A stretch of DNA of 40,814 nucleotides from an uncultured Candidatus Saccharibacteria bacterium (GTDB taxonomy: Bacteria; Patescibacteriota; Minisyncoccia; Phycocordibacterales; UBA2100), in NCBI GenBank assembly GCA_964363895.1, contig CAYIJV010000003.1, positions 1-40,814 on the forward strand, given 5' to 3'. A model generated the notes under the pieces. That model had not been told where the DNA came from, ran no database searches, and saw only the letters and a list, made by a program, of their open reading frames with translations. Below, in pieces: positions 9,407 to 17,414 of this stretch (the stretch's first letter is position 1; every line of letters begins with the position of its first letter). Both the position numbers and the translations under genes were made by a program.

Positions 9407-9823
9407 ATGAAAAGACAAAAAAGAAAAGTTGATTTCAAGGACAGGCGGGGCACTATTATGGACATATTTGTGAGAGAGCCCTATGAACATTGTGTCATAG
9501 TTTATTCAAATAAGGGTTCGGTTCGTGGAAACCACTTTCATAAGAAATCTCTCCAGAGCGACTTTATGCTCTTCGGCAGAATGCAGGCATATGGCCGTAA
9601 ACAAGGGAGTAAAAAGATAGAGAAGTTTGTGGTAAAGCAAAACGATGTCACCTATTGGGAAAAAGGCGAAGCGCATGAATTCATCGCCCTCGAAAAATGC
9701 GCATTTTTAAGCTTCGTGAACGGCCCGCGCGGAGGCGACAACTATGAAAACGACACCTTCCGCCTCAAGATTCCCCTCCACGAGCAAGCACGAAAAAATA
9801 TAACAGACTGGACTGTGCAGTAA
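9407..9823 (+). CDS. FdtA/QdtA/WxcM-like cupin (sugar ketoisomerase/epimerase type)
   Basis: Start trimmed to MKRQKRK (ATG 9407). RGNHFHKKSLQ resembles the RGxHxHKKxxQ motif of 3,4-ketoisomerase cupins. TAGAAT (9391-9396) lies 10 nt upstream. Confidence 0.55.
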   Translation: MKRQKRKVDFKDRRGTIMDIFVREPYEHCVIVYSNKGSVRGNHFHKKSLQSDFMLFGRMQAYGRKQGSKKIEKFVVKQNDVTYWEKGEAHEFIALEKCAFLSFVNGPRGGDNYENDTFRLKIPLHEQARKNITDWTVQ

Positions 9824-9825
9824 AG

Positions 9826-11898
9826 TCAGTTTTGCAGATTTGTTGGTGGACATGAATAGATATTTGATTTTATAACCCCTGATTTTGCCTCGAATAAGCT
9901 ACGACATTTGTCAAAGAATTGTCCGTAAAAACTCTCGTCGCTCCAGCGTGGAATATCTATAACAAGATACTGGTCTGTGTGCCCTGCAAATAGTTTCTTG
10001 TGCTCTTCCTCGTACTGTGGCACCGCATAGAAGCGTCCGGCATACTTGCCTTTTTGCCAGAGCTCAAACGCGCCGATGTCGTTGTGCGTGATGACCGAGG
10101 TGACATCTTTTGAGTTGCCAATGTATGCGAGCGCATCGCTCAGAACTTTGGGCGTACTGCCGTTGATGCGTCCGAAAAACAATTCTTCCGTAAGGACGCC
10201 AGCGTAGATGAGCGAAAGCACGAGAAGTGCGGCTACAAGGATGGGGCGCACGCGTTCCCATATCAAAGTCGCGATCATAAGCACCGCACCGGTCGCGAAT
10301 GAAAGCGCGATAAAGAGGAATGAAACATAAAATCCTGCCGGACCGGAGCCGCCCATGAATGGAAGTAGAATGTTCCAATGGAGCGAAAGTATTTCCTTCG
10401 CCCATGCGGATTTCGGGTAGAGCGGCAGCACATCGTGCGGAAGAAAATTGACCGCAAGTAGTGCGAGCGCGGTGAAAGAAAATGCCGCAAGATGTGCAAA
10501 AGAGAGCTGTCGGAGCTTGGGAAGATATGGCGCGAGCGCGACAGCGGCGATGACACACAAGGGTACGATCATGAACATCAGATACTTGTCGAGCGCACCT
10601 CCAGAAAAGTCAAATACGAGAAAGTAGAAAATAAACCCGAGCCCGAGATAAATGAAGAATATACGTGTGCGCTCAAAAGTCTCGCGCGAAATGAACGCTA
10701 CCGCAAAGACGATAGGCCCCATATACATAAGTGCCTTGACTGCCTGGAAGATTATTTGCCCCCAGTTGCGGTCGAAGCCGCGCACATAGGAAAGCGCGTG
10801 CCCCAGCATAGCGCTTGCGCTGAAAGCCGGGTTCACAAATCGTGCGGCCGCGATCAGAAGCGCCATAAGTGCGAGGAACAGGACGAGAACACTCGACAGA
10901 CGCCATACGTCGCGAAGCGCGATGTCGTGCCGGCGGCTGTATAGATAATCGAGAAGTATGGCGCAAAGGACGATAACGAAGCTCAATTTCACGAGGAACC
11001 CGAGCACGAGCGCTACAAGAAGAAGTCCCCCAAAAAGAATCCGTATCTTTCCGGTACTTTCACGCCACCGGTCATACGCATACACGGCACAGAGCATGAA
11101 AAAAGGCAAAACCACACCATCAGTATCCAGCATGAGTGCGGCGAGTGTTCCGTACGCCACCGTACCCGAGAGGATGACAGCGAGAAGCGTAGCCTTGAAG
11201 CCCGCGCGACGTTCGACTACGAGATATAGAATGCCGTATGAAGCGGCCGTGAAGACAAGCGGGACGAGCCGTAGAAGCTCCGGAGGGAAGAGCCAGCCCG
11301 CGAGACGGAACAACAGCTCGGTCAGAGGGGGGTGATGGAAGATCCCCGCCATGCTCGCGGGGTCGACGACGAAGCGCGCGACTTTCCATTCATCCTGATG
11401 ATATGGCAGCCCGACACCCAGCAATTTCAAGGCGACCAGAAAAGCCGCAACGCCTCCGGCGATAATAAGCGCGCGCTCCCATTCGCCAAGTTCTTCGTGC
11501 CAGAGCATCTTGAGCGAGCGCCTAGCGGCCCCACGGAAAATAATGTGATAGAAGACAAAATTACCGATGGCGATAAAAAGACCTATTGTGAATTGGGCGA
11601 ACAGATAGTGCACATGCGCATACTCCACAAGGATGAAGACCGATGCCGCATTGAACATAAGTCCTCCAAGTGCCACAGATATGAACTGCACAGCCTCAAT
11701 ATGCATACGTGCGAGACCGCTGTGTTGGAATGTCCAGAACCTCTGAAGCGTAAAACTTATGGAAAGCGCGACAAAAAATCCGACCACGGATGACAGAACG
11801 TACCAAATGCCCAAAAAGTCCGTAAGGGCATACGTCACAAAAAGATTCGCTGATGTCGCCAGAACCCCAGAGATAACGTATCGGGCGATTTTATACAT
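9826..11898 (-). CDS. fusion: GtrA-like 4-TM domain + GT-C fold (ArnT/PMT-like) membrane glycosyltransferase + C-terminal soluble domain
   Basis: Start trimmed to MYKIARYVISGVLATS (ATG 11898, 1 nt after the upstream stop). The GtrA signature ...FTLQRFWTF is followed by more than 10 TM helices with a YHQDEW loop motif. About 130 C-terminal residues are non-hydrophobic. Confidence 0.75.
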   Translation of the reverse strand: MYKIARYVISGVLATSANLFVTYALTDFLGIWYVLSSVVGFFVALSISFTLQRFWTFQHSGLARMHIEAVQFISVALGGLMFNAASVFILVEYAHVHYLFAQFTIGLFIAIGNFVFYHIIFRGAARRSLKMLWHEELGEWERALIIAGGVAAFLVALKLLGVGLPYHQDEWKVARFVVDPASMAGIFHHPPLTELLFRLAGWLFPPELLRLVPLVFTAASYGILYLVVERRAGFKATLLAVILSGTVAYGTLAALMLDTDGVVLPFFMLCAVYAYDRWRESTGKIRILFGGLLLVALVLGFLVKLSFVIVLCAILLDYLYSRRHDIALRDVWRLSSVLVLFLALMALLIAAARFVNPAFSASAMLGHALSYVRGFDRNWGQIIFQAVKALMYMGPIVFAVAFISRETFERTRIFFIYLGLGFIFYFLVFDFSGGALDKYLMFMIVPLCVIAAVALAPYLPKLRQLSFAHLAAFSFTALALLAVNFLPHDVLPLYPKSAWAKEILSLHWNILLPFMGGSGPAGFYVSFLFIALSFATGAVLMIATLIWERVRPILVAALLVLSLIYAGVLTEELFFGRINGSTPKVLSDALAYIGNSKDVTSVITHNDIGAFELWQKGKYAGRFYAVPQYEEEHKKLFAGHTDQYLVIDIPRWSDESFYGQFFDKCRSLFEAKSGVIKSNIYSCPPTNLQN

Positions 11899-11899
11899 C

Positions 11900-12949
11900 C
11901 TATTTTTGCGCCGCCGCGCACATTTCCGAGAGGAGATCGTCAATGGAGTATGTGATGTGCCACGCGGGATAATGCGACTTGAACTTTGTAAGGTCAGATA
12001 CGTACCAGATATGGTCTCCGATGCGCGCATCATCCGAGTACGTGATGTTCCCCTTTTTGCCCGTCAGCCGCTCTATTTTTGCGATTGCCTCCTGCATAGA
12101 AATGTTCGCTTCGATGCCGCCGCCCGCGTTGTACACCTCGCCGTGCCGCGGATTCTGGTGGTAGTGCCAGAACATGTTTACCAAATCGCGCGCATGGATG
12201 TTGTCGCGCACCTGCTTTCCCTTGTAACCAAATATCGTGTAGGGCTTTCCGGAAACGATACACTTCACAAGATACGCCAAAAATCCATGAAGCTCCGCTG
12301 CGCTGTGCATAGGGCCGGTCAGGCACCCGCCACGGAAAATTCCCGTTTTCATCTTGAAATAACGACCGTATTCTTGGGTCATCACGTCTGCCGCGACTTT
12401 TGATGCGCCGAAGACCGAGTGCAGAGTCTGATCAATGGACATGCTCTCATCGATGCCTTTTGCAAAACGATGCGAGGGCTCAACTTCCCACCGCGTTTCT
12501 TTCTCAATAAAGGGGAGAAAATTCGGCTGGTCGCCGTACACCTTGTTCGTGGACGTGAATATGAACGTTGCCTCCGGTGCGAATTGCCTAGTGCTTTCAA
12601 GCATTACCAATGTGCCGTCCGCATTCACAGAAAAATCCGTATACGGCTCCTTTGCCGCCCAATCGTGGGAAGGCTGTGCCGCAGTATGAATGACGATATC
12701 GGGTTTGTGTTTCTTGACGATCTTTTCAATTGATTCTTTCTCACGAATATCGGCGGTGTAATGCATATAGGCTTTCCCCAATTCTTTTTCGAGCCGCTCC
12801 CTATTCCATTCCGTGCTTCCTTCAGCCCCAAAAAAGTATTTCCGCATGTCGTTGTCGATGCCGATTATTGCGTATCCTTTTTCGGCAAAGAAACGTGCGG
12901 ATTCAGATCCTATGAGTCCTGCGGATCCGGTAATAAGTGCGGTTTTCAT
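11900..12949 (-). CDS. NAD-dependent epimerase/dehydratase (extended SDR, CDP-paratose 2-epimerase-like layout)
   Basis: 349 aa. Motifs [22 protein letters not shown] and a catalytic YxxxK (FGASKVAAD). Confidence 0.85.
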   Translation of the reverse strand: MKTALITGSAGLIGSESARFFAEKGYAIIGIDNDMRKYFFGAEGSTEWNRERLEKELGKAYMHYTADIREKESIEKIVKKHKPDIVIHTAAQPSHDWAAKEPYTDFSVNADGTLVMLESTRQFAPEATFIFTSTNKVYGDQPNFLPFIEKETRWEVEPSHRFAKGIDESMSIDQTLHSVFGASKVAADVMTQEYGRYFKMKTGIFRGGCLTGPMHSAAELHGFLAYLVKCIVSGKPYTIFGYKGKQVRDNIHARDLVNMFWHYHQNPRHGEVYNAGGGIEANISMQEAIAKIERLTGKKGNITYSDDARIGDHIWYVSDLTKFKSHYPAWHITYSIDDLLSEMCAAAQK

Positions 12950-12957
12950 AGAGTCTA

Positions 12958-12963
12958 ACTATA
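12958..12963 (-). promoter_or_regulatory. -10 TATAGT, 8 nt before ATG 12949
   Basis: The minus strand reads GCTATAGT-TAGACTCT-ATG in a 26-nt spacer. The same GCTATAGT context recurs at 22386 and 34787. Confidence 0.5.
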
Positions 12964-12975
12964 GCGACGAATTTC

Positions 12976-14034
12976 CTACGAAGCCAGCTCCTCTGTAAGC
13001 CGCTCTCCGAGAGTTTTGAGACTATGCCCCGTAAGCACTGTGCCCCTTTGCTGTGAAGCCAGAGCTGTGCGTTCATTCTCTGGAAGTGCGAGGAACTCAC
13101 GCAATTTAGCCGCGGGCGCATTCGCGTCGTTGTCGGCAACTAGGAAACGTTCGCCAACGATAGCTGCAAAATCGCGGCTGGATGCTATGACCACGCATCC
13201 GCACGCGGCGGCTTCGAACATCGTTTTGTCGTAGGTACCGCTCGATGAGAGATTTACGAATATCTCATGGGTGCTGAATATCGTTGGCGCTTCGGTATGC
13301 GGTACTCCCAAATGAAATTTCACCCTTTCGGAAAGTCCGAGCTCTCGCGCGCGGGCGATGACTCTGTCGCGATAATCCGCGTCCCGTGGCAATGCGGTGC
13401 CATAGAATGATGCTTCGAATTGAATACCCTCTTTGGAAAGAGCGCCGAGCGCTTCGAGGAGTATATCGGGCTTCTTGGCTGGCGCGAAGCGGCTGAAGAA
13501 CAGAATTGAGCGCGGAGTGCGCTCCGATGCGCTCGCTCCGTGAGCGGCTGGACTCGGCGCAAACAATTCAGCGTTAACGCCGACCGGCATCACGACCGCA
13601 TGCCTGTATTTCGCGGTGTACGAAAATTGCGACGTGCAAAATACTTTTTGAACGAACATAGCGGCGACGTCCGTGAGAAATCCTCCGGAGTAATGATTGC
13701 GCCACAAGTACATCCTCTTGCGGAGGATTTTCCATAACCATCCGGCGAGCAAAATGTATTCCTGATTCATGTGCACAAAGACCTCGTCATACGAGCCGCG
13801 CAACTTCCACACAAGACCCAAGAATCGCACCGCATAGGCTATGCGTGAAGACGCTCCGCGTTCCTTGCCGAGCGAATACACGCGTACATTGGCAGGCAAC
13901 GCATGCTGCCCTTCTCGCAAACAAATGACCTCGATATTTTCACAGTGCTTCGCGAGCTCTGCTATCCAGTCGTGGAAGAAACCCAAAAAGTGGTCTGTTC
14001 GATCGACGACCTGTGTGAGGATGAGGAGCTTCAT
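12976..14034 (-). CDS. GT4-family (GT-B fold) glycosyltransferase
   Basis: 352 aa. C-terminal half has the typical ...FFSRFAPAKKPD...FEAAACGCVVIAS (E-x7-E-like region). Confidence 0.8.
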   Translation of the reverse strand: MKLLILTQVVDRTDHFLGFFHDWIAELAKHCENIEVICLREGQHALPANVRVYSLGKERGASSRIAYAVRFLGLVWKLRGSYDEVFVHMNQEYILLAGWLWKILRKRMYLWRNHYSGGFLTDVAAMFVQKVFCTSQFSYTAKYRHAVVMPVGVNAELFAPSPAAHGASASERTPRSILFFSRFAPAKKPDILLEALGALSKEGIQFEASFYGTALPRDADYRDRVIARARELGLSERVKFHLGVPHTEAPTIFSTHEIFVNLSSSGTYDKTMFEAAACGCVVIASSRDFAAIVGERFLVADNDANAPAAKLREFLALPENERTALASQQRGTVLTGHSLKTLGERLTEELAS

Positions 14035-14035
14035 A

Positions 14036-14063
14036 TTGACGTCATTATTGGTATGGGTATAAT
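14036..14063 (+). promoter_or_regulatory. orphan near-consensus sigma70-type promoter TTGACG-16-TATAAT pointing into the 3' end of the NYN gene
   Basis: TTGACG 14036-14041, 16-nt spacer, TATAAT 14058-14063. There is no plus-strand ORF downstream. Confidence 0.4.
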
Positions 14064-14067
14064 GCGC

Positions 14068-14124
14068 ATATCACCACGAAAAGTCCCCCGTAGGGTTCCG
14101 TCCCTATGGGGTCCTTTTCTTTCC
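14068..14124 (+). ncRNA. candidate ~55-nt antisense sRNA (promoter plus intrinsic terminator, no ORF)
   Basis: Predicted TSS about 7 nt after TATAAT. A 10-bp hairpin (14086-14111) is followed on the + strand by TCCTTTTCTTTCC. It would overlap the stop codon and 3' end of the NYN mRNA in antisense. Confidence 0.3.
14086..14111. terminator. bidirectional intrinsic-terminator hairpin
   Basis: CCCCGTAGGG (14086-14095) pairs with CCCTATGGGG (14102-14111): 10 bp including one G-U, with a 6-nt loop. There are T-runs on both sides. The NYN stop codon (14104-14106) lies inside the stem. Confidence 0.5.
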
Positions 14125-14607
14125 ATATTCTAGCTTGTTGCGTAATTCGTTCATAAAACTAAGCCGCTTTTTGCCAAAACGTTTAAGGAGCGCAGAATAC
14201 TTATGCAGATTAGGGATGAGCACGCATTCCAATTTATCACGTTCAAGCAAGTACTTTACGAGGCAATAAAAATCACCATCACCAGTCACTATCACGGCCT
14301 TGTCGTAATTACGAATCTCATGCATCGCCTGCAGCACCAGTTCCGCATCGCAATTCCCTTTCGTCGTGCCATCTTTATACGTCAATGTTGGTTTGAAAAT
14401 GCATAAGAATCCGGCATCCTGGAGTGCTACGTATAGCTCATTGTTTCCCTCAACGTACCCGATGAACAGGAAAGCTCTCGTGACACCGTACTTTTCGTGT
14501 AGATAGACACGGAACCGTTTCCAATCCAGTTTCCATCCTTGCGCACGAATTGCCAGATTCACATTCTGGCTGTCGATGAATGCATAGTTATTACTTTTCT
14601 GTTTCAT
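14104..14607 (-). CDS. NYN-domain (LabA/PIN-like nuclease fold) protein
   Basis: 167 aa. AFIDSQNVNL...GNCDAELV...IVTGDGDF matches the conserved acidic-residue pattern of NYN domains. Confidence 0.8.
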   Translation of the reverse strand: MKQKSNNYAFIDSQNVNLAIRAQGWKLDWKRFRVYLHEKYGVTRAFLFIGYVEGNNELYVALQDAGFLCIFKPTLTYKDGTTKGNCDAELVLQAMHEIRNYDKAVIVTGDGDFYCLVKYLLERDKLECVLIPNLHKYSALLKRFGKKRLSFMNELRNKLEYGKKRTP

Positions 14608-14622
14608 AATTCGTAGTGGTAT

Positions 14623-16575
14623 CTATTTCGGCATCACCACATCCCCGTACACGCCCTCCAGAAGCTCAAGGTCCTTGCCCGTATCCCGCAGTAGCTTCAC
14701 ATTTTTCTGCTCCATCGCCTTCAGTGCCTCGATTCCTTGGGCATCTTCGGGAAATACTTGCTCGTACATCGAACGGAACGCCGCGAAGTCTTTGATGAAG
14801 CAGTGTCCGCCTGCGCCGCGCCCAGCAAGCCCGCCGTGCCCGCTTTGGTGAATTGGGTCGAGGTGTGAACGGCCCATGCGCGGATCAGCGGCAAACGCAT
14901 CTCGCACATGTTCGTAATTGCCGCCGAGTTTTTGCACGAAATCGTAAAGGATATTGATGTACACGACCTTGAGATAGAGCCAATTGTTGCCCGCGTATTT
15001 GATGAACTCCGCCTCGACCGCAGAGCAGACGAGCTCGAATGGCGCGGGCGGGAGAATGGAGAGAACCTTTTGTCCGAGCGCGCGCGCCTCGGGTGTATCC
15101 GCGCAGATGCCAACAATATTGCGGTCCGGATGCGCCGCATCATACGCGGCGGTCGCTTCGCGCAAGAATTCCGGCGAATGCATCACTACTTTTTTGGGAT
15201 ACTGTTTTTGGATTTTCTCCGTCATGCCGGGAAGCATGGTGGATTTTATGACCGCGACTTTGCCGTCTCCAACAATGGAAACAGCTTGGCGAACGATCTC
15301 GTCACTAAAGCCATCGGGGGTGGTGGGTGTCGGCACTGCAATGAACACAATGTCGCAGTCTTTTATCTTTTCTTTATTATTTTTGTACTCTTTCTCCAAT
15401 GAATATCGAACGACCGGAAATCCGCGGCCTTCGAGCTCATCCGCATAATTCTTCCCGATGAAGCCCTGCCCCACATAGCCGACCGTCGGGCGCGCCTCAC
15501 TTTTCTTTTCCCCCGTGCGAGCTTCAACACCGGAAGCCGAAAGAGATATATCCGCGTACCACAGCTCGCGGTATTCGGATTCGGTAGGAAACTTTATAGA
15601 AAGTTTGCCGCGCTTCCCTTCCGAAAGCACCGCAATCGCAACGCGCGGCAAATCCGCAGGTGTTGCGATAATGGCTCCCGCTTCCCGCGCAAGACCGACA
15701 TCGTAGGAAACTACTGGGCATCCAGCCGCGAGAGCCTCTACAAGCACCATGCCAAAACCTTCGTATGATGAGGTTAAAAGAAATAGGTCTGCGGCTTTGT
15801 AGAACGGAAACGGATCCTGCGCCCCTTCGAATACCACCTTCTCCGCAATCCCCAATTCGCGTACAAGAGATTCAAGCGGAGCGCGCTCTGACCCACTGCC
15901 TATCACCACGAGGCCTGCCGTAGTATCCACTTTCGCTATCTCGGCGAATGCGCGGATGGATGCCGCGACATTCTTCTCTTTTTCCAATCGCGCGACGACG
16001 AGAATAATTCTCTTAAAATTCGGATACCGCGCGCGTTTATCGAGCGGCTCCGCTTTTTTGAGACTTTCAAGGTCTACAAAAACAGGGAGAATTGTTACAG
16101 GCGCTTTTATGCCGCGTGCGGCAAGTGAGTCTGCAATGCGTTTGGAGACCACACGGATAGAATCTGCGCGCGACAAGAGGAATCGCGCAAGAAAGACCTT
16201 GAGACGGTTGCCGAGGGAGAGCGAGTAGAAAAAGCGGTCAAAAAGATCGGTGTGTATTTGCAGATGGAGCTTGCTACCGCGCATGCGAGCTATGATCCAT
16301 GCGACGAGCCCCACAAGGAATGGGTCTTGTGCAGATACCACATCCGGCCGTTGGATTCGGGAACCCGCCGCTATGGCGCGCAAGGAGCCCAAAACGCGTC
16401 CCAAGCCAAATCCCCGCACCGAGGCGTTGCCTGATATCTGGACGAGCTGTAGGGGCCCGTGTGGCACAAGGACGTCCATACGCTCCACTGTGCGCGCCTG
16501 CATTCGCAGGCGCTTGGCTACCGCGCTCGTCTCATTAAAAGCGTTCCAATCCGTGGAAAGTACCAGTATCCTCAT
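14623..16575 (-). CDS. fusion: GT4 glycosyltransferase (aa 1-~340) + UDP-glucose/GDP-mannose dehydrogenase-like NAD-binding and central domains (aa ~363-650)
   Basis: 650 aa with no internal stop. The N-terminal GT-B has EGFGMVLVEALAAGCPVV. The C-terminal part has VGYVGQGFIGKN, FIAVPTP, SPEFLREA and GGHCFIKD (catalytic-Cys context). The usual C-terminal UDP-binding domain is absent. Confidence 0.8.
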   Translation of the reverse strand: MRILVLSTDWNAFNETSAVAKRLRMQARTVERMDVLVPHGPLQLVQISGNASVRGFGLGRVLGSLRAIAAGSRIQRPDVVSAQDPFLVGLVAWIIARMRGSKLHLQIHTDLFDRFFYSLSLGNRLKVFLARFLLSRADSIRVVSKRIADSLAARGIKAPVTILPVFVDLESLKKAEPLDKRARYPNFKRIILVVARLEKEKNVAASIRAFAEIAKVDTTAGLVVIGSGSERAPLESLVRELGIAEKVVFEGAQDPFPFYKAADLFLLTSSYEGFGMVLVEALAAGCPVVSYDVGLAREAGAIIATPADLPRVAIAVLSEGKRGKLSIKFPTESEYRELWYADISLSASGVEARTGEKKSEARPTVGYVGQGFIGKNYADELEGRGFPVVRYSLEKEYKNNKEKIKDCDIVFIAVPTPTTPDGFSDEIVRQAVSIVGDGKVAVIKSTMLPGMTEKIQKQYPKKVVMHSPEFLREATAAYDAAHPDRNIVGICADTPEARALGQKVLSILPPAPFELVCSAVEAEFIKYAGNNWLYLKVVYINILYDFVQKLGGNYEHVRDAFAADPRMGRSHLDPIHQSGHGGLAGRGAGGHCFIKDFAAFRSMYEQVFPEDAQGIEALKAMEQKNVKLLRDTGKDLELLEGVYGDVVMPK

Positions 16576-16611
16576 CCGCGCATTCTAGCCGTTTTCAGTC
16601 CTTTTTCAAAC
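16555..16611 (-). repeat. copy A of a 57-bp promoter + first-7-codon module
   Basis: 49/57 identical, ungapped by hand alignment, to 17394-17450. Covers TTGAAA-16-TAGAAT-6-ATG AGG ATA CTG GTA CTT TCC. Confidence 0.85.
16582..16609 (-). promoter_or_regulatory. promoter TTGAAA-16-TAGAAT ending 6 nt before ATG 16575
   Basis: -35 at 16604-16609 and -10 at 16582-16587, then GCGCGG, then ATG. No SD motif, so a leaderless arrangement. Confidence 0.6.
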
Positions 16612-16627
16612 CAACGATTTAGAATCT

Positions 16628-17392
16628 TTATTTTAACAGAGGCCAAATGAGGTCTACAAGTTTTTGATGAACAAGGCCATTACTCGCTATGAACCCGTTT
16701 ATTTCCTTATCATAGCGCTGTTCTTCACCTTTCAAGTCAGTCACTTTTCCTCCCGCCTCCTCTACAATTATCTTTACGGAGGCAGCATCCCACGGTTTGT
16801 TGTATGCATAGATTTCGGCAAGAAATTCTCCAGTCGCGACCAACATGCTGGTATATACACATGAATAAAGAGTGGGGACATGACATCCTTCTGCTCTTAA
16901 CGTCTCGCGAAGGGAAGAAAGTCTGATATCGCTGCTGATGGAGATAAATGACGTTCTGCTCAAACTGGGGTCTTTTGCAACTGATATCTTTTTTCCGTTC
17001 AGAAAAGCTCCTTTCCCCTTCTCGGCGTGCAGAAGTCTGTCCATCATCGGGTCGTAAATAACACCAAGCATACTCTCGCCATTTTTAGTGAGCGCGAGAG
17101 AGAAAACAAATGTGGGCCATCCGTGAGAAAAAGGCATAGTCCCGTCAACAGGGTCACATACCCATGTATACTCACTTTCGATCAAACGGCTCCCTTCTTC
17201 ACCTACAAAAGAATGCATCGGATATTTCTTTTGAATAGCATTTAACACTAGAGCGTTTATCTCGGTGTCCGTAACCGTGATAGGCGTGCTGTCTTCCTTC
17301 CACTCTTTCTTCATTCCAAGTGAAAAATTCTGCCTCATTATTTTTCCTGCTTGTCGCGCAAGGCCGGTTGCAAATTTTAGATCATCGTTCAT
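16628..17392 (-). CDS. inositol monophosphatase-family phosphatase
   Basis: Start trimmed to MNDDLKF (ATG 17392). Motifs WVCDPVDGT and PWDAAS are typical of the IMPase/SuhB family. Confidence 0.85.
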   Translation of the reverse strand: MNDDLKFATGLARQAGKIMRQNFSLGMKKEWKEDSTPITVTDTEINALVLNAIQKKYPMHSFVGEEGSRLIESEYTWVCDPVDGTMPFSHGWPTFVFSLALTKNGESMLGVIYDPMMDRLLHAEKGKGAFLNGKKISVAKDPSLSRTSFISISSDIRLSSLRETLRAEGCHVPTLYSCVYTSMLVATGEFLAEIYAYNKPWDAASVKIIVEEAGGKVTDLKGEEQRYDKEINGFIASNGLVHQKLVDLIWPLLK

Positions 17393-17414
17393 AGGAGAGT
17401 ACCAATACCCGCAT
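17382..17414 (-). other. 10-codon mini-ORF MRVLVLSYER* at the leaderless position of repeat copy B, overlapping the IMPase start
   Basis: ATG 17414 sits 6 nt after TAGAAT, exactly as in copy A. The stop TGA is at 17384-17382. The IMPase ATG (17392) lies inside it in another frame. Confidence 0.3.

Noticed and set aside
9826-12033. N-terminal extensions given in the ORF track (2532-3425, 9826-12033, 18651-19994, 24806-26521, 26262-28418, 28162-29448, 16628-17422, 38221-39576, 37566-38267, 32610-33968, 20564-21334, 9314-9823)
   Set aside because: The extensions overlap the upstream gene or divergent promoters and encode low-complexity, non-homologous residues. An internal ATG coincides with the canonical family N-terminus (Rossmann fold, signal peptide, GtrA start and so on), often with a -10 element 6-8 nt upstream or a 1-7-nt gap after the preceding stop.
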